64,000 nucleotides of DNA from NCBI GenBank assembly GCA_051362555.1, contig CM120645.1:23402934-23466933 (forward strand), given 5' to 3'. The notes under the pieces were generated by a model. The model was not told the origin of the DNA. It ran no database searches and saw only the letters and a list, made by a program, of their open reading frames with translations. Below, one piece after another: positions 41,766 through 51,773 of this stretch. Each line of letters opens with the position of its first letter. Positions within the stretch are counted from its first letter, which is position 1. The position numbers and the translations under genes were made by a program. Origin of the DNA: Lingula anatina (lineage: Eukaryota > Animalia > Brachiopoda).

Positions 41766-43160
41766 TAATATGAATATACATACCTAGGGATGTTATATGA
41801 CCGTGGCGATATGATGATCACTGAAGCCTGTCCATTTAGCCAAGCTTCAGTGAAGATCGTGGGCAACCTCAAGCCGCTACCCAAAAATGTCTCGCTTCAC
41901 TCGACATTTTTGCGTAGCGTCTCTCGGAAAACTCGGATTTAACCTCGATGTAGTCTAGAATTCCACGACTACATCTAAGATCTAATAAACGGACCGTTTA
42001 TTAGATCTTAGGTTAAATCAGTCAAGGTCTCTTAAATGCTGAAAGCCAAAGACAGTGATCATGTGACCTTCTTGGAATCAAGAGAATAGTGACGTTGCTT
42101 ACGTTATATACCTACCAGTAGACAAATTTAAAATCTCTCACACTCTTAAAAAAATTAGCATAAACTTTTCACGTTTAACAATTATTATTTATCATTTTAT
42201 TACACCAAGTCATGTCATATGGGTATGGTTTGAAAACGGGAATTAGTTTACATTTAAGCCACACGTGTATACAAATTATTTGTAAATCTATAACTTTTTA
42301 ACGAGGGTTGTGTTATTTACCTTTTGTTTTTAAGCTGTTCATTCTTCCTCTTTATCAGATATATCGGTAAAAATCAAATGTATTCCCCCTTTGAACTTGT
42401 AATTACATGAATGCTATGAACCAGCACATGTATATTCCGAAACCACCTCGTAGTAAAAAATGTCACCAAAAAGTAGAATTATTACTCCTGTGGACTTGAA
42501 ATAAACATCCGTTTGATTTTGACTATATTCCGTAACCGCCTCGTCGTCAGTGATAACAATAAAACTAGAATTATTACTCCCGTGAACTTGTAATAAATAT
42601 CCGTCGATTTTGACTATATTCCGAAACTGCCTCGTTGTCAGAAATATCACCAAAAAGTAAATTTCTTTCTCCTTTGCACTTGTGAAAAATTAGTTTGACT
42701 ATATTCCGGTCCGACGCTCCTTTTTTATCAGAAATGTCACTAAAAAGTAGAGGTTTTGCCTTGGGACCTTTTTTCCGCAACAGTTCCAGCTAGGTGTGGT
42801 TCAGCTGAGACGTGCATGGTCAATGTCGACGGTTGATTGAATACTTTTCAAGCAAATGAACGTCCACGACAAGTATTTATCAAAAATTGACCAAATTGGT
42901 CAGACATTACGTAAGAATTTGGCGAGAGGTGACCAGCGCACGTGGACGAGTTTATTCCGTATAACATCTCTAGAGCGTGATATAGGGTCACTTTATTCGG
43001 TTTTAGGGGTGTTTTAGGATGAAATGACTGTATTTTTTTTCGGTATGTATGTCAAATAATACACTGTCACCCTCTCGCGATATATGCCATGAACACCTCT
43101 CGCTGACGCTCGAGGTGTTATGGCATATATCGCTCGGGTGACAGTGTATTATCTCACACA
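41766..43160. mobile_element. Hairpin-rich repeat / non-autonomous DNA element cluster
   Basis: Hairpins at ~41876-41919, 41936-42019 and 43056-43151; inverted pair CTAGGGATGTTATA (~41784) / TATAACATCTCTAG (~42960); degenerate ~85-92-bp tandem units at ~42340-42760. Confidence 0.55.
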
Positions 43161-43956
43161 TAATGATAGTGCTCACAAAAGTTGTCACTTTGTTAATTAA
43201 AGCATTAAAGCCCTGATGAGTAATTGCCACGGAATCCAGTGACACGCTTGGAATTTATTTATGTTATAAAAAAAAATTCTGTTGCTCGCGAAACTTTGAA
43301 TTTATTTATGATGCAATAAAAACTTCACTCACTAACGTTTAAACAACACAAAAAGGCATATTAAAACATATGAAATAGCAGGAAAGTAATTTTAACACTG
43401 AAATGAGCTTCATGTTTGTGAAGTAGAATCGTCATAAACACGGCATTTCTTTGCACATCATTTCTCCTTTGGAGAATTTGTTGACTTATCAATTGTAATA
43501 AATTGATACAATGAAAACATGCATTTAATTCTAGTATGATGATACTGCAAGAATGAATTGGCATAATTTTTTAAACTCGCCAGGCACATTTCGTGAACCA
43601 GGGGCTTAGAATCAAAACTTCTGATATGTTTCCAAAAGGAATGTCTGTCACAATATACATTATTTATTCCCAAAACCATTCTTACTGAGAACAAATGAAA
43701 TAAATGTTAGATGTTATTTAACTCTGTCCATAACATGCACATATATATCGTTCTGACAAAAAGACCCTTTGAGAAGGAATGTCTGCCATTACATAACTAA
43801 TTACAAAACCATTCTTAGCGAAAACAAACGAAATAATTGCTGTCAGTAGGTGTGATTTAACTTTGTCCATTATGTCCTATGGATAGTTCTGACAAAAGAA
43901 ATCAACTTGTTATGAAACAAATTGACGTACGGGCTCCACTGGCAAGAGTGAGACTT

Positions 43957-45063
43957 TTATGAGTTGGAAGTACGACGCAGGTTGCGAAATAGGCCGTAAA
44001 ATTCCTTTCTATACGTCCGCACGCTGAAACAGTACAGGAAGAAGTTCAAGGCGTGGTTCAGGTAGAACAGCAGGATGAAGACCGTGAATACTAAACTATT
44101 AACTGGCGTTTGTGTCGTAGGTTGGTCAGGGTTGAAAAGGTCAAACGCACCCACCTGAACCAAGTTAAACCCGCTGGTTAACAGAATGAACGCCACTGTG
44201 ACCGCCACTAACATCACCGTGACCTCTTTATCGGGGTCACCATCTTCCCCACTGGGGTCTTCAGTGGATCCCAACACCGCCAACAAATCTTGGTTCAAAC
44301 TTGACCGCGGTTCTTCACTTGGGCGTTGCTCCTTCAGGCGCCGCTTTAAAGACACAATGAACGCGATGTTAAAGACGGGCAGTAAGACTGAGGGGACGAT
44401 CCAATACAGCGTTAGCGCTATCCATCTGTGTACTTGCCAGTAGGCAGCGTCTGTCTTATTCCTAAGTAAAGCCTTGCTGTCGTGGAACACATTCCAGCAA
44501 ACCGTGTTATTCCCATCGCCCCTTTTCAAATATATATCAGAAAAAAATATGTAAATGTTCAGAGAAAAAAGAACAAAAGCTAAGACGCCAATGAAGATCA
44601 GTGTTCTACTGACGGTGAGGTATAAAGCGTGAACCATGGGCCTCGCGAGTCTGATGTAACGTTCCAACGCCATGGACGTAAGCAGGAGCGCGCTCACTTC
44701 GGGTCCAAAGTAGCACGCAAACACAGACAGCCGGCACACGAACTCAGTGCCATTGAGCGGCTGAAAGGAAGGGTCCTGAACATCATACTGTAGCCAGGGG
44801 ACGTACCCATTCAGCGTGGTGAGGAAGTCGCCACAGGCCGCTGCAAGGAGCAGTAGACATGTTGGTGTAGTGCGCAGCAGTTTTCTACTGAACACGACAA
44901 TAGACAGCAGACTGCAGATCACCCCAAGGGTGCAAATGACAGGGCGGCCATATTGTCTTAGTATCAGTGCCACATTCTCCAATGTTTTGTTGGCTGTGCC
45001 CGTGGAATGAACGCTGCTGTTTTCTGTACTAATTCCGGGTATTATGCCGCTGATGAACTCCAT
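43957..45063 (-). CDS. Intronless class A (rhodopsin-like) GPCR, FMRFamide/peptide-receptor-like orphan, 368 aa
   Basis: Seven hydrophobic segments, N-terminal N-glycosylation sequons (NSS, NKT), TM3 Cys (FVCRL), MALERY (E/DRY), ECL2 Cys (TVCW), TM5 WIVPS, TM6 VTVMLVAVTVAFILL, TM7 LNHALNFFLYCF, helix 8 YRKEF. Confidence 0.92.
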   Translation of the reverse strand: MEFISGIIPGISTENSSVHSTGTANKTLENVALILRQYGRPVICTLGVICSLLSIVVFSRKLLRTTPTCLLLLAAACGDFLTTLNGYVPWLQYDVQDPSFQPLNGTEFVCRLSVFACYFGPEVSALLLTSMALERYIRLARPMVHALYLTVSRTLIFIGVLAFVLFSLNIYIFFSDIYLKRGDGNNTVCWNVFHDSKALLRNKTDAAYWQVHRWIALTLYWIVPSVLLPVFNIAFIVSLKRRLKEQRPSEEPRSSLNQDLLAVLGSTEDPSGEDGDPDKEVTVMLVAVTVAFILLTSGFNLVQVGAFDLFNPDQPTTQTPVNSLVFTVFILLFYLNHALNFFLYCFSVRTYRKEFYGLFRNLRRTSNS

Positions 45064-46618
45064 GTGTCAGTCCTTCCTGTCACGTTGATCACCCCAAAAT
45101 ACAACATTCAGCAATGTAAATATCACATGCCATTCTCCATTTTGTACTTCCGTATACCACGGTTGATTGACATTTGCACGTTTATCATTACACACAGAAA
45201 TAGGCCACGCACGTTCTCGTATTAAGGCTGTTAATCAGCGCGCTATATTGAAAAAGTACTACCAAAACTGTATGTCCTACTTTTTCCTATCACTGTTATA
45301 ACAAGGGGACCTATGTATGCTAACTTTATACCATAGTCGGTGCAGTCTTTAAAATTGGCAACAAGTTAACCAACAATTTTTTTTTTGGTCTTTAGAGAAT
45401 CATTTGCTTAGTTTAAGGATTATGTTAGATTAAGTTAAGCATTAGGCGTGTCCCCTTGCATGAGATGCTTAATATCTTATTCATTACCACATAATATTAA
45501 TAATTACCTATTCTGCTGGGCAGCAGCTTTAAGTCCTAGGAACAATCTGTTCAATGAGAAGTAACAAAATATTTACAGGTGAGGATAATGCCGCCAAAGA
45601 AAGGGGTGAAGATGTCACTGTCGTTTCCTCCACCAAAGATATCAGTTGTTATGCAGTGGTAAACTAGCCAACCATATTTATTGGACTTGTAGCATTGGTT
45701 CATTTGCATACCTGGTACTATAATAAAGAACTGCACAGGTAGTGCAGTGGTTTGTTATTGTTCACTTGTGTTAGAGTTGCTTACTTCAGGTGTCCAGGTA
45801 GACTTCAGCAGATCTTATTACTTTGAAAAATACCAAAATATTCAGTGCGCTACAATATTTTTTAACGACAGTAAACTAACATATGGATATTTAGGCTGTT
45901 TACGTAACAAGCGATTCAATTAGATTTTAATTCTGTTTTAAAATATATAATTTCCTGTTAGTTTAACTCTACCTCTATTGTCTTTTTTGTCTAACGTCCC
46001 ATTTGTATAAAATTTACACATGATGGTTTTGAAAATCACTATCATTTTTATTTTACTTCACTTTTTAATTTGAAGGATACGGGTTGAGATGAGAGGGATC
46101 ACTTCCGTTCTTTAACCCATGACATTGGACAAGTCTTTATTTGATCGGATACAAGTATATTTCTTGTTTTAATAAAAATCTGCACTTTATTCGGCCTTTT
46201 TACTGCTGCTCGACATTGCTTGTACGGTGTAAATGGTATACGTTATATAGACAGAAGGTCATGCAGCAAGATGGCCGACGAGCTGGAGACTGGGGTGTGC
46301 TAGCTCGCAAAAGTTACCGTCAGTCAAGGGATGTACGGGGTGACAGAACGATCGGGGTGAGTTACGATGACATGAATAGACCGTGCACCGATATGTGAGC
46401 CTGTTTTTGACAACTGTGTAACAAAAGTGCTTTTTGGCGGCTTTCGTATATATAACATTCCAAGTGCAGATTGGACTAAGCATGAGTACTATTAATAAAC
46501 AAAGGTAAATGTACAGTAAGCGAAATATTGCGTAACACTATAAGTGCCCTGATCAGAGAACATCAGTGAATTGCTGCCTCATTATCCATTCTACCTGCAC
46601 TATTAATGTGTACAGTGT

Positions 46619-47506
46619 ATGGTTCATCGCCCCATGATGAATGGAACTAAAGAAACAAACGAGCGTAATGACTCGAAAACATCTCAGTCAACGAAAAGAC
46701 TTCACTCGGAACTCTCAAACTCCAGTGGCGATGAATCTCAACTCATTATGCAAGAAATGCTAGAAATTAAAACTGAATTAAAACAAATAATAAAAGATGA
46801 GGTGGGCGAAATTAAAACTATGGTTGGCGTGATGGTCAAGGACTTGAAAGAAGCCATGGAAAATCGGTTTTTAGAAATGGAAATGAAATTCGACGTGAGA
46901 TTCGGAAGACTGAAAGAGGGATACGATCACCTGTCAACTGAAAACGAACTATTGAAAGAGCAGATTATGGACAATAAAAGAGAAATTACAAGGTTAGCAA
47001 AAATAGCAGAGGAAGCTGGCAACATGTCCAAAGAAGCTCAAATCAATGCCAACTACAATGAGCAATACTCCCGAAAAAACAACATCAAGATCTACGGAGT
47101 GAAAGAGGAGAAAAATGAAGACATGGTCGGCATGGTGTCCAAACTGCTACAGACGGAAACGGGTGTACGGGTGACCAGTGAAGAGATCGTTGCCGTTCAC
47201 AGGATACCTGGAAAGCGAGGACAGGAAAGACCAATATTACTGAAAGTTAAGAACACTGATGTGAAAGCACGGATTATGAAAAAGCGTGCAGTACTCAGAA
47301 AATCGGGAAAGAATATGAAACTTTCAGACGATGTAACCAAACGTAATATTGAACTTTTACACAGACTAAATGAGAGTCAGCTAATAGAACAAGCGTGGTA
47401 CTTTAACGGGAGCGTCTATGGCAAACCAAAAAACACTGATGACAAAATAAAATTCGACATATTTGACATCATTGAAGAAAAAATAAAAAAGAAAAACTAT
47501 AAATAA
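46619..47506 (+). CDS. LINE ORF1 protein (coiled coil + RRM/CTD type), 295 aa
   Basis: E/K/M-rich coiled coil followed by NEQYSRKNNIKIYGVKE, AVHRIPG, RPILLK, LSDDVT and QAWYFNGSVY, which are typical LINE ORF1 motifs. Lies upstream of an APE-RT ORF. Confidence 0.9.
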   Translation: MVHRPMMNGTKETNERNDSKTSQSTKRLHSELSNSSGDESQLIMQEMLEIKTELKQIIKDEVGEIKTMVGVMVKDLKEAMENRFLEMEMKFDVRFGRLKEGYDHLSTENELLKEQIMDNKREITRLAKIAEEAGNMSKEAQINANYNEQYSRKNNIKIYGVKEEKNEDMVGMVSKLLQTETGVRVTSEEIVAVHRIPGKRGQERPILLKVKNTDVKARIMKKRAVLRKSGKNMKLSDDVTKRNIELLHRLNESQLIEQAWYFNGSVYGKPKNTDDKIKFDIFDIIEEKIKKKNYK

Positions 47507-47840
47507 AATGCAAAAGACTTATTATAAACTGTACAGGTACATCTTTCTGTCTGACGATGGTATATAATCAGGACTAAACTGATTATGACGACTTATGTGT
47601 GTAATGTTGTAAGCGAAGCGTTGCATGTGTTTCTGTATATTTATTCATTTTGTTTCTTATCCACTCTACCAAGCCAGTTCTCATTCGACTGCTTGGTTGT
47701 TGCTATATACTATGCACATCCGCTTCCTTTTTCCCCCTTTTTTCCTCTGACTATGAACTCTAGTTTTCCAAAATATAACCTAAGAGGACTGAGGGGAGGG
47801 CATGGCTGGGGACGGGGGTACTTGATGATCATTCACATGA

Positions 47841-50800
47841 ATGGGGATTAGTTTAGGTCAGTGGAGGGTCGCAATTGGCCATTTTTATTGTGTTATACAT
47901 AAGCTATCGTCTGGATCATGCGAACTGACACCCGTCACACTTCACCTGACATCAAAGGTGACTCTGTTCCTAGTAACTATCATCATGCTTGAGATCATTC
48001 TACTATCCGGAGATATCCACCCCAACCCAGGGCCGTACTCTATCCCCCTTACCATACTTTTCTCAAACATAAGGAGTCTTAGCGCGGACGCTGATGAACG
48101 CTTCGAGAGCCTTAAAATAAGAATTAAAAATGCTAAAGCTGACGTAGTTGGGCTTTGCGAAGCAGGAAATATCTGTAGGATAGATCGGATTGAAGAGTAT
48201 AATATTGAAGGCTTTCAAGTACCCGTATTTTCTAATAATGGCCGAGGGCTTATCTTGTATATGTGCGATGATATAATGTATAAAGAACGAACTGATCTTC
48301 AATTAGATGGGTTGGACTGCCTATGGGTGGAGCTGCGAGTGAAGCATAAAACTCTTCTTTACGGTGTATTCTACAGATCTCCTAATCAATCAGCCCAACA
48401 GAGGAACATTTTCATGTCCCTTCTATCCGAATGCCTTGAGAAAACAAGACGCTCTCGGCATGACGGAATCATAATAAATGGCGATTTTAATGCTCATAAC
48501 AGACAATGGTTTCTGGAGGGAGGTGATGACGTGCCAGGTCGAATGTTAAGCGACATATTTTGCGAACATGGCCTTGACCAGTTAATAAATGAGCCAACCC
48601 GAATTCAAGGAAGCTCTGTCTCATGCATTGACCTGACTGTGACTGACATTCCCGGCCTGGTACTAAGATCTTCTGTGGAAGCACCGATTGGACGCACAGA
48701 CCATGCTACATTAGTGACCTCCATAGATATAACTCTCTGTAAGCATTCGCCTTACTATAGACCTATATGGAAGTACGACCATGCAAACCCTGAAGGACTA
48801 AAAACCGAAATAACCCAGTTCGACTGGGACGGCATGTTTAAACTCGAGTCCGATGTCCACCTGCTGACTAAAAAATTTATCGATACGCTTATGTCCATAT
48901 TTGAAAAACATATCCCAAGAAAACATAGTAAAGTACGTGGAAATGAGAACCCATGGTACAATGACAAAATTACACATGAATTAAATAGAAAGAGAAAATT
49001 GTACCAACGTGTAAAACTGAACCCGTCGCAAGTAAACATCGCCAGCTATGTTGCCCAAAGTAACCTGGTGAAGCAGTTAATATCTGAAACTAAAGACTCT
49101 TATTATAAAAGCCTAATCGAAGCACTTGAAGCTAAAACAGATAGTAAGAAACACTATTGGCCAACATTGAAAAAACTTCTGGGTAATAAATTCAATCGGT
49201 CAATACCGGTGATTGGAAATGTAAATACCGGTAATGTTGCTAATTCTGACGAAGAAAAAGCTGAGGTCTTCCTAAATCACTTTGGCAAAAGCTACCATTC
49301 TGATAATCAAAACTGTGATACAAATATCACTTTCCCACAAAGAACAGATGTTATTTTAACCGATCTCGACACAACACCCGAAGAAATAAGCTGTATAATA
49401 AATAGCCTGGACTCATCCAAGGCTAACGGACCAGACGGTATAACAGTAAGAATGTTTAAATTATGCAGTGTATCCATTGCTTATCCGCTATGCACCCTCT
49501 TTAACTTGATACTACAAACCGGCGTCTTTCCAGACATATGGAAAGAGGCATATATATGCCCAGTGCACAAGAAAGGCAGCAAAACTGACGTAGAAAACTA
49601 TAGACCTATCTCATTGTTAAGCGTTATATCTAAGGTCCTAGAGCGGATCATATATACGAGAATGATTAGGCATGTTATGGACAATAAACTTCTCTATGAC
49701 AGACAATCGGGTTTCCTGAGTGGACACAGCACAGAATATCAATTGCTTTCGATTGATAATCTGATTAGGGACAATTTCAGAAATGGTCTTGATACTAGAG
49801 GTATTTTCCTCGATTTTGCCGCTGCATTTGACAGCGTACCTCACAGTCTCTTATTGCTGAAACTTATATCCTATGGTTTTAGAGGTAAACTGCACTCTCT
49901 CTTGGCCTCTTATCTGAACAATAGGAAAATCAGAGTGCGCATAAACGGTACCCTTTCAAAGGTCTCCGAGACAAACTTCATCAATACCAGTGTTCCGCAA
50001 GGAAGTATACTCGGCCCGCTCCTATTTCTTCTGTATATAAACGACCTACCTGATGGTCTTATCTCGCATTGCTTCATATATGCTGATGATACTTCGATTT
50101 TTCTCCCGTCTACCCCGGACAACAGGAGAGCTCATGACATTCTCCAGTCTGATATTTCATACCTTGAAGCATGGTCAGTGAAGTGGAAATTATTTTTTAA
50201 ACCAAAAAAGTGCAATGAAGTGATTTTTACTACGAAAAAAGAAAATGTAGAAAAGTACAGTCCACTTATTCTATGCAACACGGCTATAACACAGAAAAAA
50301 TACCACAAACACCTTGGGTTTATTCTTGATCATAAACCTGACTGTTCCGAGCATATTACATATACTTTAAGCAAGGCCCAAAGTGCACTAAATCCTTTAA
50401 AATCGCTTTCTAAAACTTTACGATCTAAGCATCTTAACTTACTTTACAATGCGTACATTTCTCCTTTGCTTGATTATTGCGATGTTCTCTATAGCACCGC
50501 GTCTCTACATAACCTATCAAAGCTATCCTCCCTCCAGTATCAAGCTGGCCTTAATATACTGGGGGCCCTTCCTGGCTCAAATCGCTGTAAAGTACTGAAA
50601 CAGCTGAACTGGGTCTCACTAGAGGAACGTCGAAGAAACCACGCGAAAAAAATCATGTTCAATATCCACAATCAACTAGCACCTTCCTATGTCTCTACCT
50701 ATTTCATTCCGTTTAGAAATAAATCCATGCTACCTCTACGGGCAACGTCTAAACGAGACTACATAATTCCCTCTAAATTCACATACAAAGGTCCCGAACA

Positions 50801-51263
50801 CTTTTTGATGACAAGCTGGGATGAACTAAACACCACTCAAAAAAATCTTCCTTCTGCATCCTCCCTTAAGTATAACCTTAGAAATGAAACCTTCCCAGCA
50901 ACAATGTCCACCACCCATCTGAAGCTTCCGAGAGAAAATGAAAAAATCCTAAATAAGGCCCGAGTCGATTTGTTATTTAGAGCCCAACTATATGACCACA
51001 ACTGGACAGCTATGGCTTCTCCCAACTGTTTATGTGGGAAACCCGAAACTATCCGACATTTTTTCTTTCAATGCCCACTGAAACAGAGGAAATATCGTGA
51101 TCTCTACGAATCTGTTGAAGATATACTTGGTGTAACTTATGCATATTTCAGAACCCAACTAGATAAGATATCCCTCTTCCTACATGGCCATAAAACACTA
51201 ACATCTGGACAAAACGACAAGTTTTTCGAAATAGTGTCAGATTTCTTAATCAAAAATGTCTGA
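47841..51263 (+). CDS. LINE ORF2: 2A-like leader, APE endonuclease, reverse transcriptase and C-terminal Cys/His motif, 1140 aa
   Basis: GDIHPNPGP; APE motifs SNIRSL, GLCE, FYRSP, GDFNAH, CIDL, TDH; RT motifs NYRPISLL, FLDFAAAFDSV, VPQGSILGPLLF, YADDT, HLG; C-terminal CLCGKPETIRHFFFQC. Confidence 0.97.
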   Translation: MGISLGQWRVAIGHFYCVIHKLSSGSCELTPVTLHLTSKVTLFLVTIIMLEIILLSGDIHPNPGPYSIPLTILFSNIRSLSADADERFESLKIRIKNAKADVVGLCEAGNICRIDRIEEYNIEGFQVPVFSNNGRGLILYMCDDIMYKERTDLQLDGLDCLWVELRVKHKTLLYGVFYRSPNQSAQQRNIFMSLLSECLEKTRRSRHDGIIINGDFNAHNRQWFLEGGDDVPGRMLSDIFCEHGLDQLINEPTRIQGSSVSCIDLTVTDIPGLVLRSSVEAPIGRTDHATLVTSIDITLCKHSPYYRPIWKYDHANPEGLKTEITQFDWDGMFKLESDVHLLTKKFIDTLMSIFEKHIPRKHSKVRGNENPWYNDKITHELNRKRKLYQRVKLNPSQVNIASYVAQSNLVKQLISETKDSYYKSLIEALEAKTDSKKHYWPTLKKLLGNKFNRSIPVIGNVNTGNVANSDEEKAEVFLNHFGKSYHSDNQNCDTNITFPQRTDVILTDLDTTPEEISCIINSLDSSKANGPDGITVRMFKLCSVSIAYPLCTLFNLILQTGVFPDIWKEAYICPVHKKGSKTDVENYRPISLLSVISKVLERIIYTRMIRHVMDNKLLYDRQSGFLSGHSTEYQLLSIDNLIRDNFRNGLDTRGIFLDFAAAFDSVPHSLLLLKLISYGFRGKLHSLLASYLNNRKIRVRINGTLSKVSETNFINTSVPQGSILGPLLFLLYINDLPDGLISHCFIYADDTSIFLPSTPDNRRAHDILQSDISYLEAWSVKWKLFFKPKKCNEVIFTTKKENVEKYSPLILCNTAITQKKYHKHLGFILDHKPDCSEHITYTLSKAQSALNPLKSLSKTLRSKHLNLLYNAYISPLLDYCDVLYSTASLHNLSKLSSLQYQAGLNILGALPGSNRCKVLKQLNWVSLEERRRNHAKKIMFNIHNQLAPSYVSTYFIPFRNKSMLPLRATSKRDYIIPSKFTYKGPEHFLMTSWDELNTTQKNLPSASSLKYNLRNETFPATMSTTHLKLPRENEKILNKARVDLLFRAQLYDHNWTAMASPNCLCGKPETIRHFFFQCPLKQRKYRDLYESVEDILGVTYAYFRTQLDKISLFLHGHKTLTSGQNDKFFEIVSDFLIKNV

Positions 51264-51407
51264 ATCTTCTTCCATTTCTGTTCTGGCGCCTACCACTCTC
51301 TCCTGATGGCCCATTGCCCCCCCCCCCCATAATTACCTTTCCCCCATGCCCTGTCCCTCACTCCCCTCTAATGCCATTCATGTCCTCGTCACCGTCTTTT
51401 TCTTGAA

Positions 51408-51441
<34 letters not shown>

Positions 51442-51773
51442 AAATTTCAAAGGTGAGCATATAATGCCTAGGCGAATTGCCACCTTTATTTATACTGTAT
51501 CAATATTTAACCCTCTTGAGAATAAAGATGTTAAAAAAAAATAGACAGAAGGATACCCGCATCTCTCTCTCTCTCTCTACCTCTCTCTCAAAAAAAATTC
51601 AAAGGAAATTACATAGATTTCAAAGCCAACATGCTCTTTTTTCTTTTTTTACTTCCCTTACCCGACCATTACAATAAATTTCATTGAACCAAAAGAACAA
51701 CTTAAGACCAAACAAAATAATATTATAGTCGTATAACCCCAAAAGAAAAAAGTTCAAAGTATGAAAAGCTAAT

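Larger units (their letters stand above)
46259..51540 (+). mobile_element. Full-length non-LTR retrotransposon (CR1/L2/Crack-group LINE) with 12-bp TSD
   Basis: TSD ATAGACAGAAGG at 46247-46258 and 51541-51552, two uninterrupted ORFs, AATAAA at 51521 followed by a short A tail. Confidence 0.95.

Noticed and set aside
47585-47851. 88-aa ORF between LINE ORF1 and ORF2
   Set aside because: Low-complexity T-rich inter-ORF spacer with no motif. A role in ORF2 re-initiation cannot be supported from sequence alone.
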